Shown: positions 1 through 12,400, counted from the stretch's first letter. The stretch: DNA of 64,000 nt from Macrostomum lignano (GCA_002269645.1 NIVC01000827.1:1-64000), one strand, 5' to 3'. Program-made: numbers and translations. The notes: generated from the letters alone by a model not told the origin.

Positions 1-57
1 TTCCTACGTGTTTCTGGCTGTTTGCCAACACGGATGGCACCGCCTACCGAGCCGTGA

Positions 58-255
58 CCAGAGACTGTGTTGTTGCGCAATCGGTTTATCGATTTCCGGC
101 CAGACGAAGTTGCCTTGACAGAGACTGGCATACCGTTTGCTAATTTAAGCGTGCCCAGCAACGGTGCAAAACTGTTTGTTGACGCTGCCTCCAGCTTGGA
201 CTTCGATTCTGTGGCCAAAATTTTTCAACAGACTACTGGCCGCAGTAGCAAGTAG
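58..255 (+). CDS. possible 3' end of an unidentified gene entering from the left edge
   Basis: Open frame ending TAG at 253-255, followed by AT-rich UTR-like sequence. No recognisable motif; an in-frame TGA at 55-57 means an upstream splice or frameshift would be required. Confidence 0.25.
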   Translation, partial: PETVLLRNRFIDFRPDEVALTETGIPFANLSVPSNGAKLFVDAASSLDFDSVAKIFQQTTGRSSK

Positions 256-429
256 CGATTTCTGCGCCTCCTTTATTGCTATAGAATATTAGCATTGCCC
301 ATTGCTTAGCTATAAAATACAAATGCAAGTCTGATTTTCAGTCAATTTTTGTCTTCCTTTCTTTCAGTCGCTTTTAATTGATAATTTTTTAGTCTTTGTT
401 CTTAACCAGTTTGTGTCCTTTTTGACTTC

Positions 430-1045
430 AGATTTGTGTCTGTTACTTTCTTGTTTGTGTTTTTGCTTCCGGTTTGTGTCTTTGTTTCTTCCTGTTTGTG
501 TTTTTGCTCCGGTTTGTGTCTTTGTTTTCTTCCTGTTTGTGTTTTTTTCTGGTTTGAGTCTTTGTTTTCTTCCTGTTTGTGTTTTTTTCTGGTTTGAGTC
601 TTTGTTTTCTTCCTGTTAGTGTTTTGCTTCCGGTTTTGTCTTTGTTTTCTTCCTGTTTGTGTTTTTGCTTCCGGTTTTGTCTTTGTTTTCTTCCTGTTTG
701 TGTTTTTGCTTCCGGTTTGTGTCTTTGTTTTCTTCCTGTTTGTGTTTTTTTCTGGTTTGAGTCTTCGTTTTCTTCCTGTTAGTGTTTTTGCTTCCGGTTT
801 GTGTCTTTGTTTTCTTCCTGTTTGTGTTTTTTTCTGGTTTGAGTCTTCGTTTTCTTCCTGTTTGTGTTTTTTCTGGTTTGAGTCTTCGTTTTCTTCCTGT
901 TTGTGTTTTTTCTGGTTTGAGTCTTTGTTTTCTTCCTGTTTGTGTTTTTTCTGGTTTGAGTCTTTGTTTTCTTCCTGTTTGTGTTTTTGCTTCCGGTTTG
1001 TGTTTCTTAGACTTCCGGTTTGTCTTTGTTTGCTTCCGGTTTGTT
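430..1045. repeat. T/GT-rich minisatellite (~39-42 bp unit) upstream of MTG2
   Basis: Unit like GTTTGTGTCTTTGTTTTCTTCCTGTTTGTGTTTTTGCTTCCG repeated ~15 times; 8 copies of CTTCCGG. Confidence 0.9.
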
Positions 1046-1077
1046 TTGAAATCATCAGTACTAATCAGGGCCTGATA

Positions 1078-2226
1078 TTGCAGCCAACTTTTCTCCGAAC
1101 GGCGCAGTCGCTGTTGGCTCTCGGCAGAGCGCTGCCGTCGTCGTCGTCGCTTGCTGGTCGACGCCTCGCTTCGTCGTCGTCCGCGGCGACGTCGCCGCCT
1201 CGCCCGCTGCACCGAAAGCGACGGGCGGCCGGCGATGCCGACGTTCGAGGATTCGCCGACTCGCGCCAGCTGCAGTGTTCGGCGGGCGCGGCGGCGACGG
1301 CATGGTGTCGTTCAACAGGCTGTTCTGCAACCCCCTGGCCGGGCCCGGCGGCGGCGACGGAGGCCACGGCGGCCACGTGGTGCTGCGCTGCAGCGAGTCC
1401 GTACGCGACCTCAGCGCCATCCCGCCGGAGGTTCGCGCCGAGGCCGGTCGCGCGGCGGCGGCGGCTCCAACTGCCACGGCCGGAACGGCGAGCACCGGAT
1501 GCTGGACGTGCCGCCTGGCACGCAGGTTTTTGATGAGGCTGGCCAGTTGCTGTGCGAGCTGCAGGAGGACGGCCAGGTAAGTTGTTTGCGGTTTGCGGCT
1601 GAGGGGCACTTTTTTATCGCAGCCACCCCCCTCAAACCCCAGCTGTACATCGCAGCCACCCCCTCAAACCCCAGCTGTACATCGCAGCCACCCCCTCAAA
1701 CCTCAGCTGTACATCGCAGCCACCCCCTCAAACCCCAGCTGTACATCGCAGCCACCCCCTCAAACCCCAGCTGTACATCGCGGCCACCCCCTCAAACCCC
1801 AGCTGTACATCGCAGCCACCCCTCAAACCCCAGCTGTACATCGCGGCCACCCCCTCAAACCCCAGCTGTACATCGCAGCCACCCCCTCAAACCCCAGCTG
1901 TACATCGCAGCCACCCCCTCAAACCCCAGCTGTACATCGCGGCCACCCCCTCAAACCCCAGCTGTACATCGCGGCCACCCCCTCAAACCCCAGCTGTACA
2001 TCGCAGCCACCCCCTCAAACCCCAGCTGTACATCGCGGCCACCCCCTCAAACCCAGCTGTACATCGCAGCCACCCCATCAAACCCCAGCTGTACATCGCG
2101 GCCAGGGGCGGCGCCGGCGGCAAGGGCAACGCATTCTTCCTTAGCAACAGCAATCGAGCGCCGCAGCTGGCCGAGTACGGAGCCAAAGGCGAGTGCAGGC
2201 CGCTGTCGCTACGGCTCCGCGTGCTG

Positions 2227-2258
<32 letters not shown>

Positions 2259-3152
2259 TGGCAAGTCCTCCCTGCTCAGGGCCCTGAGCAGGGCGCGGCC
2301 GCGGGTGTCACCCCAGCCCTTCACCACTCTGCAGCCTCACGTTGGCGTGGTGAAGTTCCCCAGTCTGGACGTCAGCGTGGCGGACATCCCCGGCCTGATC
2401 GAGGGGGCGCACGACAACCAGGGCCTGGGCCACGACTTTCTGCGGTAAGGCTGCAGTTTGCAGTTGGTTAGCAAGTAAGCCAGGTCGCTTTTATAAACTC
2501 GAAATGTCACGTCTTCCTAATTGTGATGTTTTTAGTAATGGCGGGAGTTACTTTTTAGCGATGTGAATTTTCGAGTTTGTGGAGATTCGAGTTTGTGGAG
2601 TTTCGAGTTTGTGGAGATTAGAGTTTGTGGAGATTCGAGTTGTGGAGTTTCGAGTTTGTGCAGATTCGAGTTTGTGGAGATTCGAGTTTGTGGAGATTCG
2701 AGTTTGTGGAGTTTCGAGTTTATAAATTTTGCGCAGGTTTTCTCGCTATTTTCGAGGATTTTTATAATGCCCACGAGTTGCCCGCGTGATTCTCCGGCAT
2801 CCTTGGCTGCTGCATAAGTACTTTTCCAATCCCCACCGCAACCTGCAGCCACATCGCCCGCTGCCCCTGCCTGATCTGCGTGATTGACCTGGGCGCCCAG
2901 GACCCCCTGGGCCAGGTGGAGACCCTGTGCGACGAGCTGGACCACTTCTCCGCCGGCATGTCCCGGTCTGTCAAACTCATCGCTGCCAACAAGGCCGACC
3001 TCAGCTACTCGGAGGACAATCTGAAATTGCTGCTTCAAGAAGCAAACAGTCTGCCTGGCCCTGTGCTGACCATCTCGGTCAAGACTGGCCACAATATTGA
3101 CCGGCTGCTGGAGTATTTGCACTCATTCTTCTGCTACAAGTCTTTTGCTTGA
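1078..3152 (+). CDS. MTG2: mitochondrial Obg-family GTPase (MTG2/GTPBP5); exons ~1078-1576, 2089-2444, 2849-3152
   Basis: Gly-rich Obg fold ([29 protein letters not shown]), G1 [11 protein letters not shown]2 PFTT, G3 DIPG, G4 ANKAD. GT-AG introns 1577-2088 and 2445-2848 keep frame. N-terminus resembles a transit peptide. ATTG at 1077-1080 and two single-base deletions (~1277, ~1452) break exon 1 and are probably assembly errors. Confidence 0.9.
1618..2103 (+). repeat. 32-bp minisatellite in MTG2 intron 1 that includes the 3' splice site and exon start
   Basis: 15 copies of CCCAG|CTGTACATCGC(A/G)GCCACCCCCTCAAA; only the last copy runs on into coding sequence. Confidence 0.95.
2566..2722. repeat. 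16-bp minisatellite in MTG2 intron 2
   Basis: GAGTTTGTGGAGATTC repeated ~9 times. Confidence 0.9.
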
Positions 3153-3325
3153 TTGTCATAGCGGCATTTGACTTTTGATCTGTGCGCGTCCGCTTCTGTA
3201 GATTATTGCTAGTGCGGTAGGAAGTAAACATTTCTGTTTGATACCCACCTGTCAGCTGTTTTCTGTCTTATATTTCTTGGATTCTCACGTCGCCGAGTGC
3301 CCAGATCGAAGTAGATCCCCAAATT

Positions 3326-4190
3326 CAACTATCCCAGTGCCCAGATCCTCACAATCAAAGACCCCAGTGCCCAGATCCTCACATTCAAATATCCCAGTGC
3401 CCAGATCCTCACAATCAAAGACCCCAGTGCCCAGATCCTCACATTCAAATATCCCAGTGCCCAGATCCTCACATTCAAATATCCCAGTGCCCAGATCCTC
3501 ACATTCAAAGGTCCCAGTGCCCAGATCCTCACATTCAAAGATCCCAGTTCTCAGATCCTCACATTCAAAGATCCCAGTTCTCAGATCCTCACAATCAAAG
3601 ATCCCAGTTCTCAGATCCTCACAATCAAAGGTCCCAGTGCCCAGATCCTCACAATCAAAGGTCCCAGTGCCCAGATCCTCACATTCAAAGATCCCAGTTC
3701 TCAGATCCTCACATTCAAATATCCCAGTGCCCAGATCCTCACATTCAAAGGTCCCAGTGCCCAGATCCTCACATTCAAAGATCCCAGTTCTCAGATCCTC
3801 ACAATCAAAGATCCCAGTTCTCAGATCCTCACATTCAAAGATCCCAGTTCTCAGATCCTCACATTCAAAGATCCCAGTTCTCAGATCCTCACAATCAAAG
3901 ATCCCAGTTCTCAGATCCTCACAATCAAAGGTCCCAGTGCCCAGATCCTCACAATCAAAGGTCCCAGTGCCCAGATCCTCACATTCAAAGATCCCAGTTC
4001 TCAGATCCTCACATTCAAAGATCCCAGTTCTCAGATCCTCACATTCAAATATCCCAGTTCTCAGATCCTCACATTCAAATATCCCAGTGCCCAGAATCCT
4101 CACAATCAAAGGTCCCAGGGCCCAGAATCCTCACATTCAAAGAGCCCAGTGCCCAGAATCCTCACAATCAAAGGTCCGCAAACCCAAAGA
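3326..4190. repeat. 30-bp minisatellite between MTG2 and UVSSA
   Basis: CCCAGTGCCCAGATCCTCACATTCAAAGAT repeated ~27 times, degenerating at the right end. Confidence 0.95.
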
Positions 4191-4274
4191 TCCCAAATCC
4201 AAGCTTGAGTTTGCCGCATTCCAGCGCGACAATCCCGCGCTGCGCCAGTCGCTCCCATCAGTCATTCCGTCGCC

Positions 4275-4701
4275 ATGGACGCCTCCCGGGGTCGCCGCGG
4301 TCGTCCAGGCGCAGCCACCGCCGCCGACCCCCGGGACCGCCTGCACGGCTGCATCGAGCGGCTCACGCGCAGCGGCCGGCCCAGCCTCGACCCGGCGGAC
4401 AGCGCCGAGCTGAAGCGGCTCTGCCGCTCCGACCAGCAGCTGGTGGACCTGGCGCACAGCCTGCTGTGCCACCGCCTGGCCCAGGACCATGCTCAGGTGC
4501 GCCTGTCCGCCTTCCAGATTGTCGACCTGCTGTTTAGAAGGTCGCGCCGCTTCCGGGAACTGGTGCTGGACAGGTTCGAAAGACTGGTGGCCTCCGTGCT
4601 CACTGGTGGGTTTTTTAACTGCCTGTGTCTGTCTGTCTGCCTGTCTGCCTGTCTGCCTGTCTGTCTGTCTGCCTGTCTGTCTGTCTGCCTGTCTGTCTGC
4701 C

Positions 4702-4737
<36 letters not shown>

Positions 4738-4825
4738 GGTCTGTCTGCCTGTATGTCTGTCTGTCTGTCTGTCTGCCTGTCTGTCTGTCTGTCTGTCTGT
4801 CTGCCTGTCTGTCTTAGTGTCTGCC

Positions 4826-4858
<33 letters not shown>

Positions 4859-6997
4859 GCCTGTCTGTCTGTCTGTCCGTCTTCATTTATCTATCTATCT
4901 ATCCTATCCCACCCCGCAGACAATGACGCGAGCTCGCCGCCACCCAAGCCGGTGTCAGTGTTCCGTCAGCTGGGCGACATCGCCCTGGAAGCCTTCATCG
5001 ACTGGCATGAGCAGTTCAGCGCTGAGCAGCCCAAGCTGCTGTTCGCTTTCAGATTTCTTTCTCAAGCGCACGCGGTGAGCATCAATTGACCCTTCGTGAC
5101 TTCAATGGGCTTAGTGATTGAATCTGTTTCTGAACATGACTGTGGGGGGTTCGGTTTTTCACCAAGTCAGCTGACTTCTCTATCAGAGAATCCGATCTTC
5201 ATGAATGCATTTTTTATCAGAAATTGCGAATTAAAATGCTTCTCACGGAGAGATTAAATGTCTAACAAATAAGGAGATTTGATGTCTAACAGAGAGATTA
5301 GATGTTTGACAGAGAGAAATTTGATGTTTAATAACAGAGATTAGATTCGATTTCTACGGATTTCCACGGCTTTCTCACATCGAGATCAAATGTTTCACAG
5401 GCCACAAAGAGATTCGATATCTCAGAGTGAGATTAGATTCTCCCCCTCCCAGTCGCGCCTGTCGCAGGTTCGCTCCCGCCTCGCCGCGGCGGCCGAGCAG
5501 CGCCAGGCGGAGGCGCGCCGGCTGGCTGAGAAAAAGCGCGACCTGCTGGACGAGGCGCGGCGGCAGTTTCAAGACGAGGAGGCCGAGCTCAACGCCTGCC
5601 TAGCAACCGTTGCCAACTGCCTGGAGCTGCTGGTGCCCCGGCCGGAGGAATTCGACGTGAACTCGCTCACCTCCGGCCGTGTGACCGGCGACGCCGACAG
5701 CATCGACGACGCCGAAGACGACACCGACGCCGATTTTGACGGCGCCACCGAGGACGAGCGCCGCCGGCTGCACGGCATCGTCAGCTGCTCGGCCACCGCC
5801 GCCGCCGCCTCCGCCGCCTCCTCTACATCGACGCTGCAACTTCGCTTGGCCCGTCCGACTGTCCGAGAGACGCCGGACAACGCCGAGCTGGTCGAAGCCC
5901 TGGCGACTCGCTCCGGCCAGCTGCGCAAGAAGCTCCGGCCACGGCTGGCCCGCTGGCTGGCCCTGGCCGATCGCTGCGGCGGCCTGCAGGACGGCAGCGA
6001 CTCCTCCAGCGACCAGCAGCTGCGAGCCCAGCTGGCCGACCTGCTGGCCAGAGCCGACCGGCTGCTCGGACAGGCGGCCAGTCTGAGGATCCTGCGGCAG
6101 CCAGCCGGAGACCGACAGCCGCACCTCAGCGACGATGTCGATGGCGACAACCTGACGGATGACGACGACGAATCCACGACCGACTTCGAGGCTGTCGAAA
6201 AAAAGGAAGGCTTCGAGACGGAGGCCGAGGAGGCTCCGGCCAGCGCCAGCAAGCCGTCGTCGGCAGCTTCAAGACCGGCTGCCTCTTCGACTTCAGCGTC
6301 AACTACGATGGCAGCAGCTTCGTCGGCTTCGGCGACAGAGTCGACGAAGAGCAGCGCTGTTCCCACGGTGCCGTTCGGCCTGGACCTGCTGCGCTGGGGC
6401 GCGAAGGACGCGGCCGCGGAGCTCAGCTCGGCCACCATCGGCTACAGGATGGACGACGGCGGCCACTCGTTCGGCTACCGGCCGCTGGACGGCGACGAAG
6501 CCTTCGAGATCAGCGGCAGTCGGCACATCCTGACGATGCGCACCATGGTGTACTCGAAGCCCGAGGAGCCGGTGCGCTGGGCCTGCCGCCACCCGCTGCC
6601 CGGCGGCGGCGTCTGCGCCCGAATGGACCGCCTGAAGTGCCCGTTCCATGGCCGCATCCTGCCCAGGGATGAGGCTGGGCAGCTGACCGCCGCTGCTGCC
6701 ACTTCTGCTTCCGCTGCAGAGCCGTCCGGCAGCCAGTCGCAGTCTCAGTCGCCTAAGAAGAAAGCGGCCGTCAAGAGGAAGAAGCAGCCGCAGTGGACTG
6801 CCGACAGCGCAACGGCGGACGGCACCGGCGGCCTGGTGGACATCCGGGCGCTGGTGGACACGCCGAGGAGCCGCCTGGCAGCCCGGGTGGCCAGCAAGGC
6901 CGCGCTGAGGCGGGCGGCCGAGGACGAGGAGGCGAGACGGCGAAGGAAAATGCAGGAGAAATTCGGAGACCAGTTCCAGTACCAGTTCCTGAACTGA
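4275..6997 (+). CDS. UVSSA: UV-stimulated scaffold protein A; exons 4275-4605, 4920-5074, ~5453-6997
   Basis: N-terminal VHS-like region ([13 protein letters not shown]...[25 protein letters not shown]). C-terminal [11 protein letters not shown] and [29 protein letters not shown] (DUF2043/zinc finger). Splice phases are consistent; the exon 3 acceptor is the least certain. Confidence 0.92.
4622..4877. repeat. (GTCT)n microsatellite in UVSSA intron 1
   Basis: Direct reading. Confidence 0.95.
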
Positions 6998-7164
6998 GCT
7001 GGCCTGGCCTTCCTAACTGGAATATTTTATGCTGGGGTAGATATGCAGTAAATATACCATGGTCTTGTAATCCTGCTGATTTTTATTCTTATCATGCTTC
7101 TGTTAGTTTTAATTTTATACTTTTTAGATATTGTTTAGAGTTTGCTTAATTCCCAATGCTTTCT

Positions 7165-7680
7165 AGTAGGATTCCAGATTCCTCCCAATGAGACTCCAGA
7201 TTCCTTCCAGTGAGACTCCAGATTCCTTTCAGTGAGACTCCAGATTCCTTTCAGTGAGACTCCAGATTCCTCCCAGTGAGACTCCAGATTCATTCCAGTG
7301 AGACTCCAGATTCCTTCCAGTGAGACTCCAGATTCCTTCCAGTGAGACTCCAGATTCCTTCCAGTGGGATTCCAGATTACTTCCAGTGAGATTCCAGATT
7401 CCCTCCAGTGGGATTCCAGATTCCTTCCAGTGGGATTCCAGATTACTTCCAGTGAGATTCCAGATTCCTTCCAGTGAAATTCCAGATTCCTTCCAGTGAA
7501 ATTCCAGATTCCTTCCAGTGAAATTCCAGATTCCTTCCAGTGAAATTCCAGATTCCTTCCAGTGAAATTCCAGATTCCTTCCAGTGAAATTCCAGATTCC
7601 TTCCAGTGAAATTCCAGATTCCTTCCAGTGAAATTCCAGATTCCTTCCAGTGGGATTCCAGATTACTTCCAGTGAGATTC
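7165..7680. repeat. 22-bp satellite A
   Basis: CAGTGAGACTCCAGATTCCTTC units; same family as 14742-16165. Confidence 0.92.
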
Positions 7681-8215
7681 CCAATGCCTCTAAGTGAGAT
7701 TCCCAAAGCATCTCAGAGAGATTCCCAAATCATCTCAGAGAGATTCCCAAAGCATCTCAGAGAGATTCCCAAAGCATCTCAGAGAGATTCCCAAAGCATC
7801 TCAGAGAGATTCCCAAAGCATCTCAGAGAGATTCCCAAAGCATCAGAGAGATTCACAAAGCATCTCAGAGAGATTCCCTAAGCATCTCAAAGAGATTCCC
7901 AAAGCATCTCAGAGAGATTCCCTAAGCATCTCAGAGAGATTCCCAAAGCATCTCAGAGAGATTCCCAAAGCATCTCAGAGAGATTCCCAAAGCATCTCAG
8001 TGAGATTCCCAAAGCATCTCAAGTGAGGTTCCCAAAGCATCTCAAGTGAGGTTCCCAAAGCATCTCAAGTGAGGTTCCCAAAGCATCTCAAGTGAGGTTC
8101 CCAAAGAATCTCAGTGAGATTCCCAAAGCATCTCAGAGAGATTCCCAAAGCCTCTCAGTGAGATTCCCAAAGAATCTCAGTGAGATTCCCAAAGCATCTC
8201 AAGTGAGGTTCATGA
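7681..8215. repeat. 22-bp satellite B directly upstream of NUP85
   Basis: CCCAAAGCATCTCAGAGAGATT units abutting satellite A. Confidence 0.92.
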
Positions 8216-8255
8216 GATTAAAGCTGCCACTCGCAACTGTCGCAGCCCAGCCGTG

Positions 8256-8962
8256 ATGTTCCAAGGCGAAGCGGCCTCATCTCAGCAGCCGGAGAGCTCG
8301 GTGGCGCTGCCGCTGCCGACAGTGGAAGCCGGCTGTCAGCTGGGAGCCGCCTGGTCCTCCCTAGGCGCGGTCGTCACCGTCTTCAAGGCGGCCGCCGCGG
8401 CCAGCTCTCGGCCAGCTGTCGCTGCTGCCAGCTCCGGACACCTGCTTGAATGCCGCTGGTCCACCGAGTTTCACGACTGCGACACCCTTCGCCGGCTGGC
8501 TGCCGAGTCGCACCGGGTGTTCCTCACCTGCCAGCGACTTGGCGACGCCTCCGTTGGCAGCTCCGCTGAGACTCGCGAGGCTCTGCTCCGCTGCAGCAAG
8601 GAGTACCGCGCCCTCATGCACGACTGCGCCTCCGAGCTGATGGACTCCGCTGCTGCTGCTACCGATGAGCCCGAAGCTGCCGCCTTCCTGGAGAACCAGT
8701 CGCAACTTTTGGCTGCCTGCCAGATACTGTGGCACCTGGTGGAGATCCTCTGGGTAGCGCCGCGCTATCAGAGCGCCGCCGCCGCCCCTCAAATTCTGCT
8801 GGAGCTGGTAGACTGGGCCCGGCTGCACTGCCCGCAGCCCGACCGCTGGATTGCCGAGCTGCTGGAGTCTGCCAACGCCACTGATGCGCCCGAGCTGCAC
8901 CAGCGGTTCTGGGACTCACTGTACCTGCTGGTGCTGCAGGTACGAGCTGGGCACTGACAGAC

Positions 8963-9037
<75 letters not shown>

Positions 9038-9086
9038 GGCAGACAGACAGACAGACAGACAGACACACAGACAGACAGAAAGACAC

Positions 9087-9154
<68 letters not shown>

Positions 9155-11531
9155 TCAGATTATCCCAAACCCGCCCCTCCGCAGGGCCGCACCGTGGACG
9201 CCCGCAACCTGCTGTCTCAGCACTCTCAGGCCGGCCGTCAGCAGCAGCTCAAAGACGCGATGGAGCTGCTCAACATGCCAAAGTACAGCTTCGTACGCGA
9301 CAGCCAGTCAGTGCGCAAGTTCGATGTCGCCCACTGCCTGTGGCAGAAGGACGTCCGCGTGCGCCTCGAGGCCGGCCTGTTCGCCGCCCACCCGCAGCTG
9401 GAGCTGCTCGTTGAACTGCTGGCTGGCGACGAGGACGCCTTCGCTAGGCCGGAGATTGTCGGCCTGTGCGACTCCTGGTACCAGCTGCTGCTGGCGCGCC
9501 TGCTGCTCACCAACCCCACCGGCTCACTGGACTGCCTCGGACGCGAGGCCCCCGAAGCCGAGGCGCTGTACAAGCGAGACCGGCCCAGTCAACGGGACGG
9601 CGACGGTGACGGCCTACTGGACGGCGTGCTGGTCCGCCTGCTGTTCGACGGTCAGGTCGGGCAGTTCCTGGCCGAAGCGGCCGGCTGCCTCGGCAGCAAC
9701 TGGTGGTTCGTGGCGCACCTGGCCGACCTGCTGCACCACTGCCTGGGCGGCGAGGTCGGTGGCTGCAGCGGCGGCGGGTTCGGGGCCATTCGCGAGCACT
9801 TCCTGTTGGAGTACTCGCACAGCATGCTGGGCCGGGCCGCGCTGTGGCAGCTGGCCGTGAGCTACTTGGACTACTGCTCCAACTACGGCAGGCACTATCA
9901 GGTAAGCGGACTGGCTCTGCTGCTGGTCTTTGTAAATATCTTCTTGTATAAGTTCTACTCTTATTGGAAGTTGCTCTAAGCAGATCATGGTAACAGCCGT
10001 AAATAGAGCATGGAAGCAGCCATAGATAAAGCATGGAAGCAGCCGTAAATAGAGCATGGAAGCAGCCATGATAGAGCATGGAAGCAGCCGTAAATAGAGC
10101 ATGGAAGCAGCCGTAAATAGAGCATGGAAGCAGCCGTAAATAGAGCATGGAAGCAGCCATGATAGAGCATGGAAGCAGCCGTAAATAGAGCATGGAAGCA
10201 GCCATAGATAGAGCATGGAAGCAGCCATAAATAGAGCATGGAAGCAGCCATAAATAGAGCATGGAAGCAGCCATAGATAGAGCATGGAAGCAGCCATAAA
10301 TAGAGGATGGAAGCAGTCATAAATAGAGGATGGAAGCAGCCATAAATAGAGGATGGAAGCAGCCATAGATAGAGCATGGAAGCAGCTCTGTAAACCAGAG
10401 GATTACACAGCCGAGCCCTCACGCCGCCGCTGCCACCCCGCAGGAGGCTCTGCTGGTCCGCGTGCCGCCGGAGTCGCAGCGCAAAGCGGAGCAGATTTTC
10501 GCCGCCTGCCATGCCCGCGGCCTTCTAGACTCCGCCAACACCGTGGCCAGAACCGTTGCTAGGCGCGCCCTTGACAAAGGTTGTCTAGGCAACGCGCTTA
10601 CCTGGGCGATTCGAGCTCGCGACCCTCGTCTAGTAGCGGCCATAGCGGATAAATTCCTGCTGGGAGCTGGCGGCGACTCGGCCGGCCTGGCCAGGGCCGC
10701 TTCAGCTGATGCGCTCGACTGCCTGGCAACCAGCGCTCTGCTTAGCAACCGAATGGCCTTCCTGTGCCAGTACAAGCTCTTCCACGATCGGGTGTCCGCC
10801 GGACAGCTGGCCGAAGCGGCCGATGTGGCCGCGCAGCTGCTCAGCTCGCGAATGATTCCCAGGTGAGGCAGTTGTGCAGCTCGATGTAGGGACCTACCTG
10901 TTAGTAGAGAAGGCTAGGGTGAGAGGGAGAGTAGGGGGGAGAGGGAGAGTAGGGAAGAGAAGGAGAGAGGAAGAGTAGGGGAGAGAGGAAGAGTAGGGGT
11001 GAGAGGGAGAGTAGGGGGGAGAGGGAGAGTAGGGAAGAGAAGGAGAGAGGAAGAGTAGGGGTGAGAGGGAGAGATGGAGAGTAGGGTTGAGAGGGAGAGT
11101 AGGGGAGAATGGGGCAGAGAGGAAAATAAGGGAAAGAGGGTGAGTAGGGGTAAAAGGAGTAGGAAAGAGGAGAGAGGAATAGTAGGGGGAGTAGGGGTGA
11201 GAAGGAGAGAGGGAGAGTAGGGGTGAGAGGGCAGTAGGGGAAAGTAGGGTAAGAACACACGGGAAATGGCGAGCAGCTGAGAAGGCACCAGCAGCACTGG
11301 CCCATCTCTTACCGCAGGCGGTACTGGCTGTCGCTGCTGCAGGACTGCCTGCCCCTCTTAGAGCTGCGTCACCAGGCGGTGTTCACCTCCGCCCAGCTGT
11401 TCGACCTGATGCACGCGCTGGCGGAGCTGCGGCAGGCGGACTGCGCCCCAGCGGAGCGGCTCAGCGTGGTGCAGGCCTCGCTATCCGATGCCCTGCGCAG
11501 GGCCATGATTGACGAGAATTTCCAGTCATGA
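8256..11531 (+). CDS. NUP85: nucleoporin Nup85; exons 8256-8939, 9185-9901, 10444-10862, 11318-11531
   Basis: Motifs [28 protein letters not shown]|[57 protein letters not shown] match Nup85. All three GT-AG introns keep frame. AATAAA at ~12486. Confidence 0.95.
8956..9152. repeat. (GACA)n microsatellite in NUP85 intron 1
   Basis: Direct reading. Confidence 0.95.
9995..10385. repeat. ~21-23 bp minisatellite in NUP85 intron 2
   Basis: AAATAGAGCATGGAAGCAGCC(G/A)T units. Confidence 0.92.
10912..11255 (+). repeat. purine-rich, G-tract repeat in NUP85 intron 3
   Basis: GAGAGGGAGAGTAGGG(G) units with closely spaced G3 tracts. Confidence 0.85.
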
Positions 11532-11619
11532 GTTGCGGGCGGCCAGCTCTGGTTCTTTGCTTGACTCTTCTGGACAATTATTTGTCAGAGCTCCTGCTCC
11601 TCCGAGCCGCTCTCTCATG

Positions 11620-12400
11620 ATAATCGCCCCTGAGAACTTTCTCCCCTTGGGAATCGCCACTGAGAACTGTCTCCCCTTGGGAATCGCCCCTGAGAACTGT
11701 CTCCCCTTGGGAATCGCCCCTGAGAACTGTCTCCCCTTGGGAATCGCCCCTGAGAACTGTCTCCCCTTGGGAATCGCCCCTGAGAACTGTCTCCCCTTGG
11801 GAATCGCCCCTGAGAACTGTCTCCCCTTGGGAATCGCCCCTGAGAACTGTCTCACCTTGGGAATCGCCCCTGAGAACTGTCTCCCCTTGGGAATCGCCCC
11901 TGAGAACTGTCTCCCCTTGGGAATCGCCCCTGAGAACTGTCTCCCCTTGGGAATCGCCCCTGAGAACTGTCTCACCTTGGGAATCGCCCCTGAGAACTGT
12001 CTCCCCTTGGGAATCGCCCCTGAGAACTGTCTCACCTTGGGAATCGCCCCTGAGAACTGTCTCCCCTTGGGAATCGCCCCTGAGAACTGTCTCCCCTTGG
12101 GAATCGCCCCTGAGAACTGTCTCACCTTGAGAATCGCCCCTGAGAACTCTCTCTCATGAGAATCACCCCTGAAAACTCTCTCTCATGAGAATCACCCCTG
12201 AAAACTCTCTCTCATGACAATCACCCCTGAAAACTCTCTCTCATGAGAATCACCCCTGAGAACTCTCTCTCATGAGAATCACCCCTGAAAACTCTCTCTC
12301 ATGAGAATCACCCCTGAAAACTCTCTCTCATGAGAATCACCCCTGAAGACTCTCTCTCATGAGAATCACCCCTGAAAACTGTCTCTCATGAGAATCGCCC
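11620..12400. repeat. 30-bp then 29-bp minisatellites in the NUP85 3' region
   Basis: GAGAACTGTCTCCCCTTGGGAATCGCCCCT x~17, then CTCTCTCATGAGAATCACCCCTGAAAACT-type units, upstream of AATAAA at 12486. Confidence 0.92.

Noticed and set aside
1078-3152. Obg GTPase as bacterial contamination or horizontal transfer
   Set aside because: It has spliceosomal introns and a transit-peptide-like N-terminus, and matches mitochondrial MTG2.
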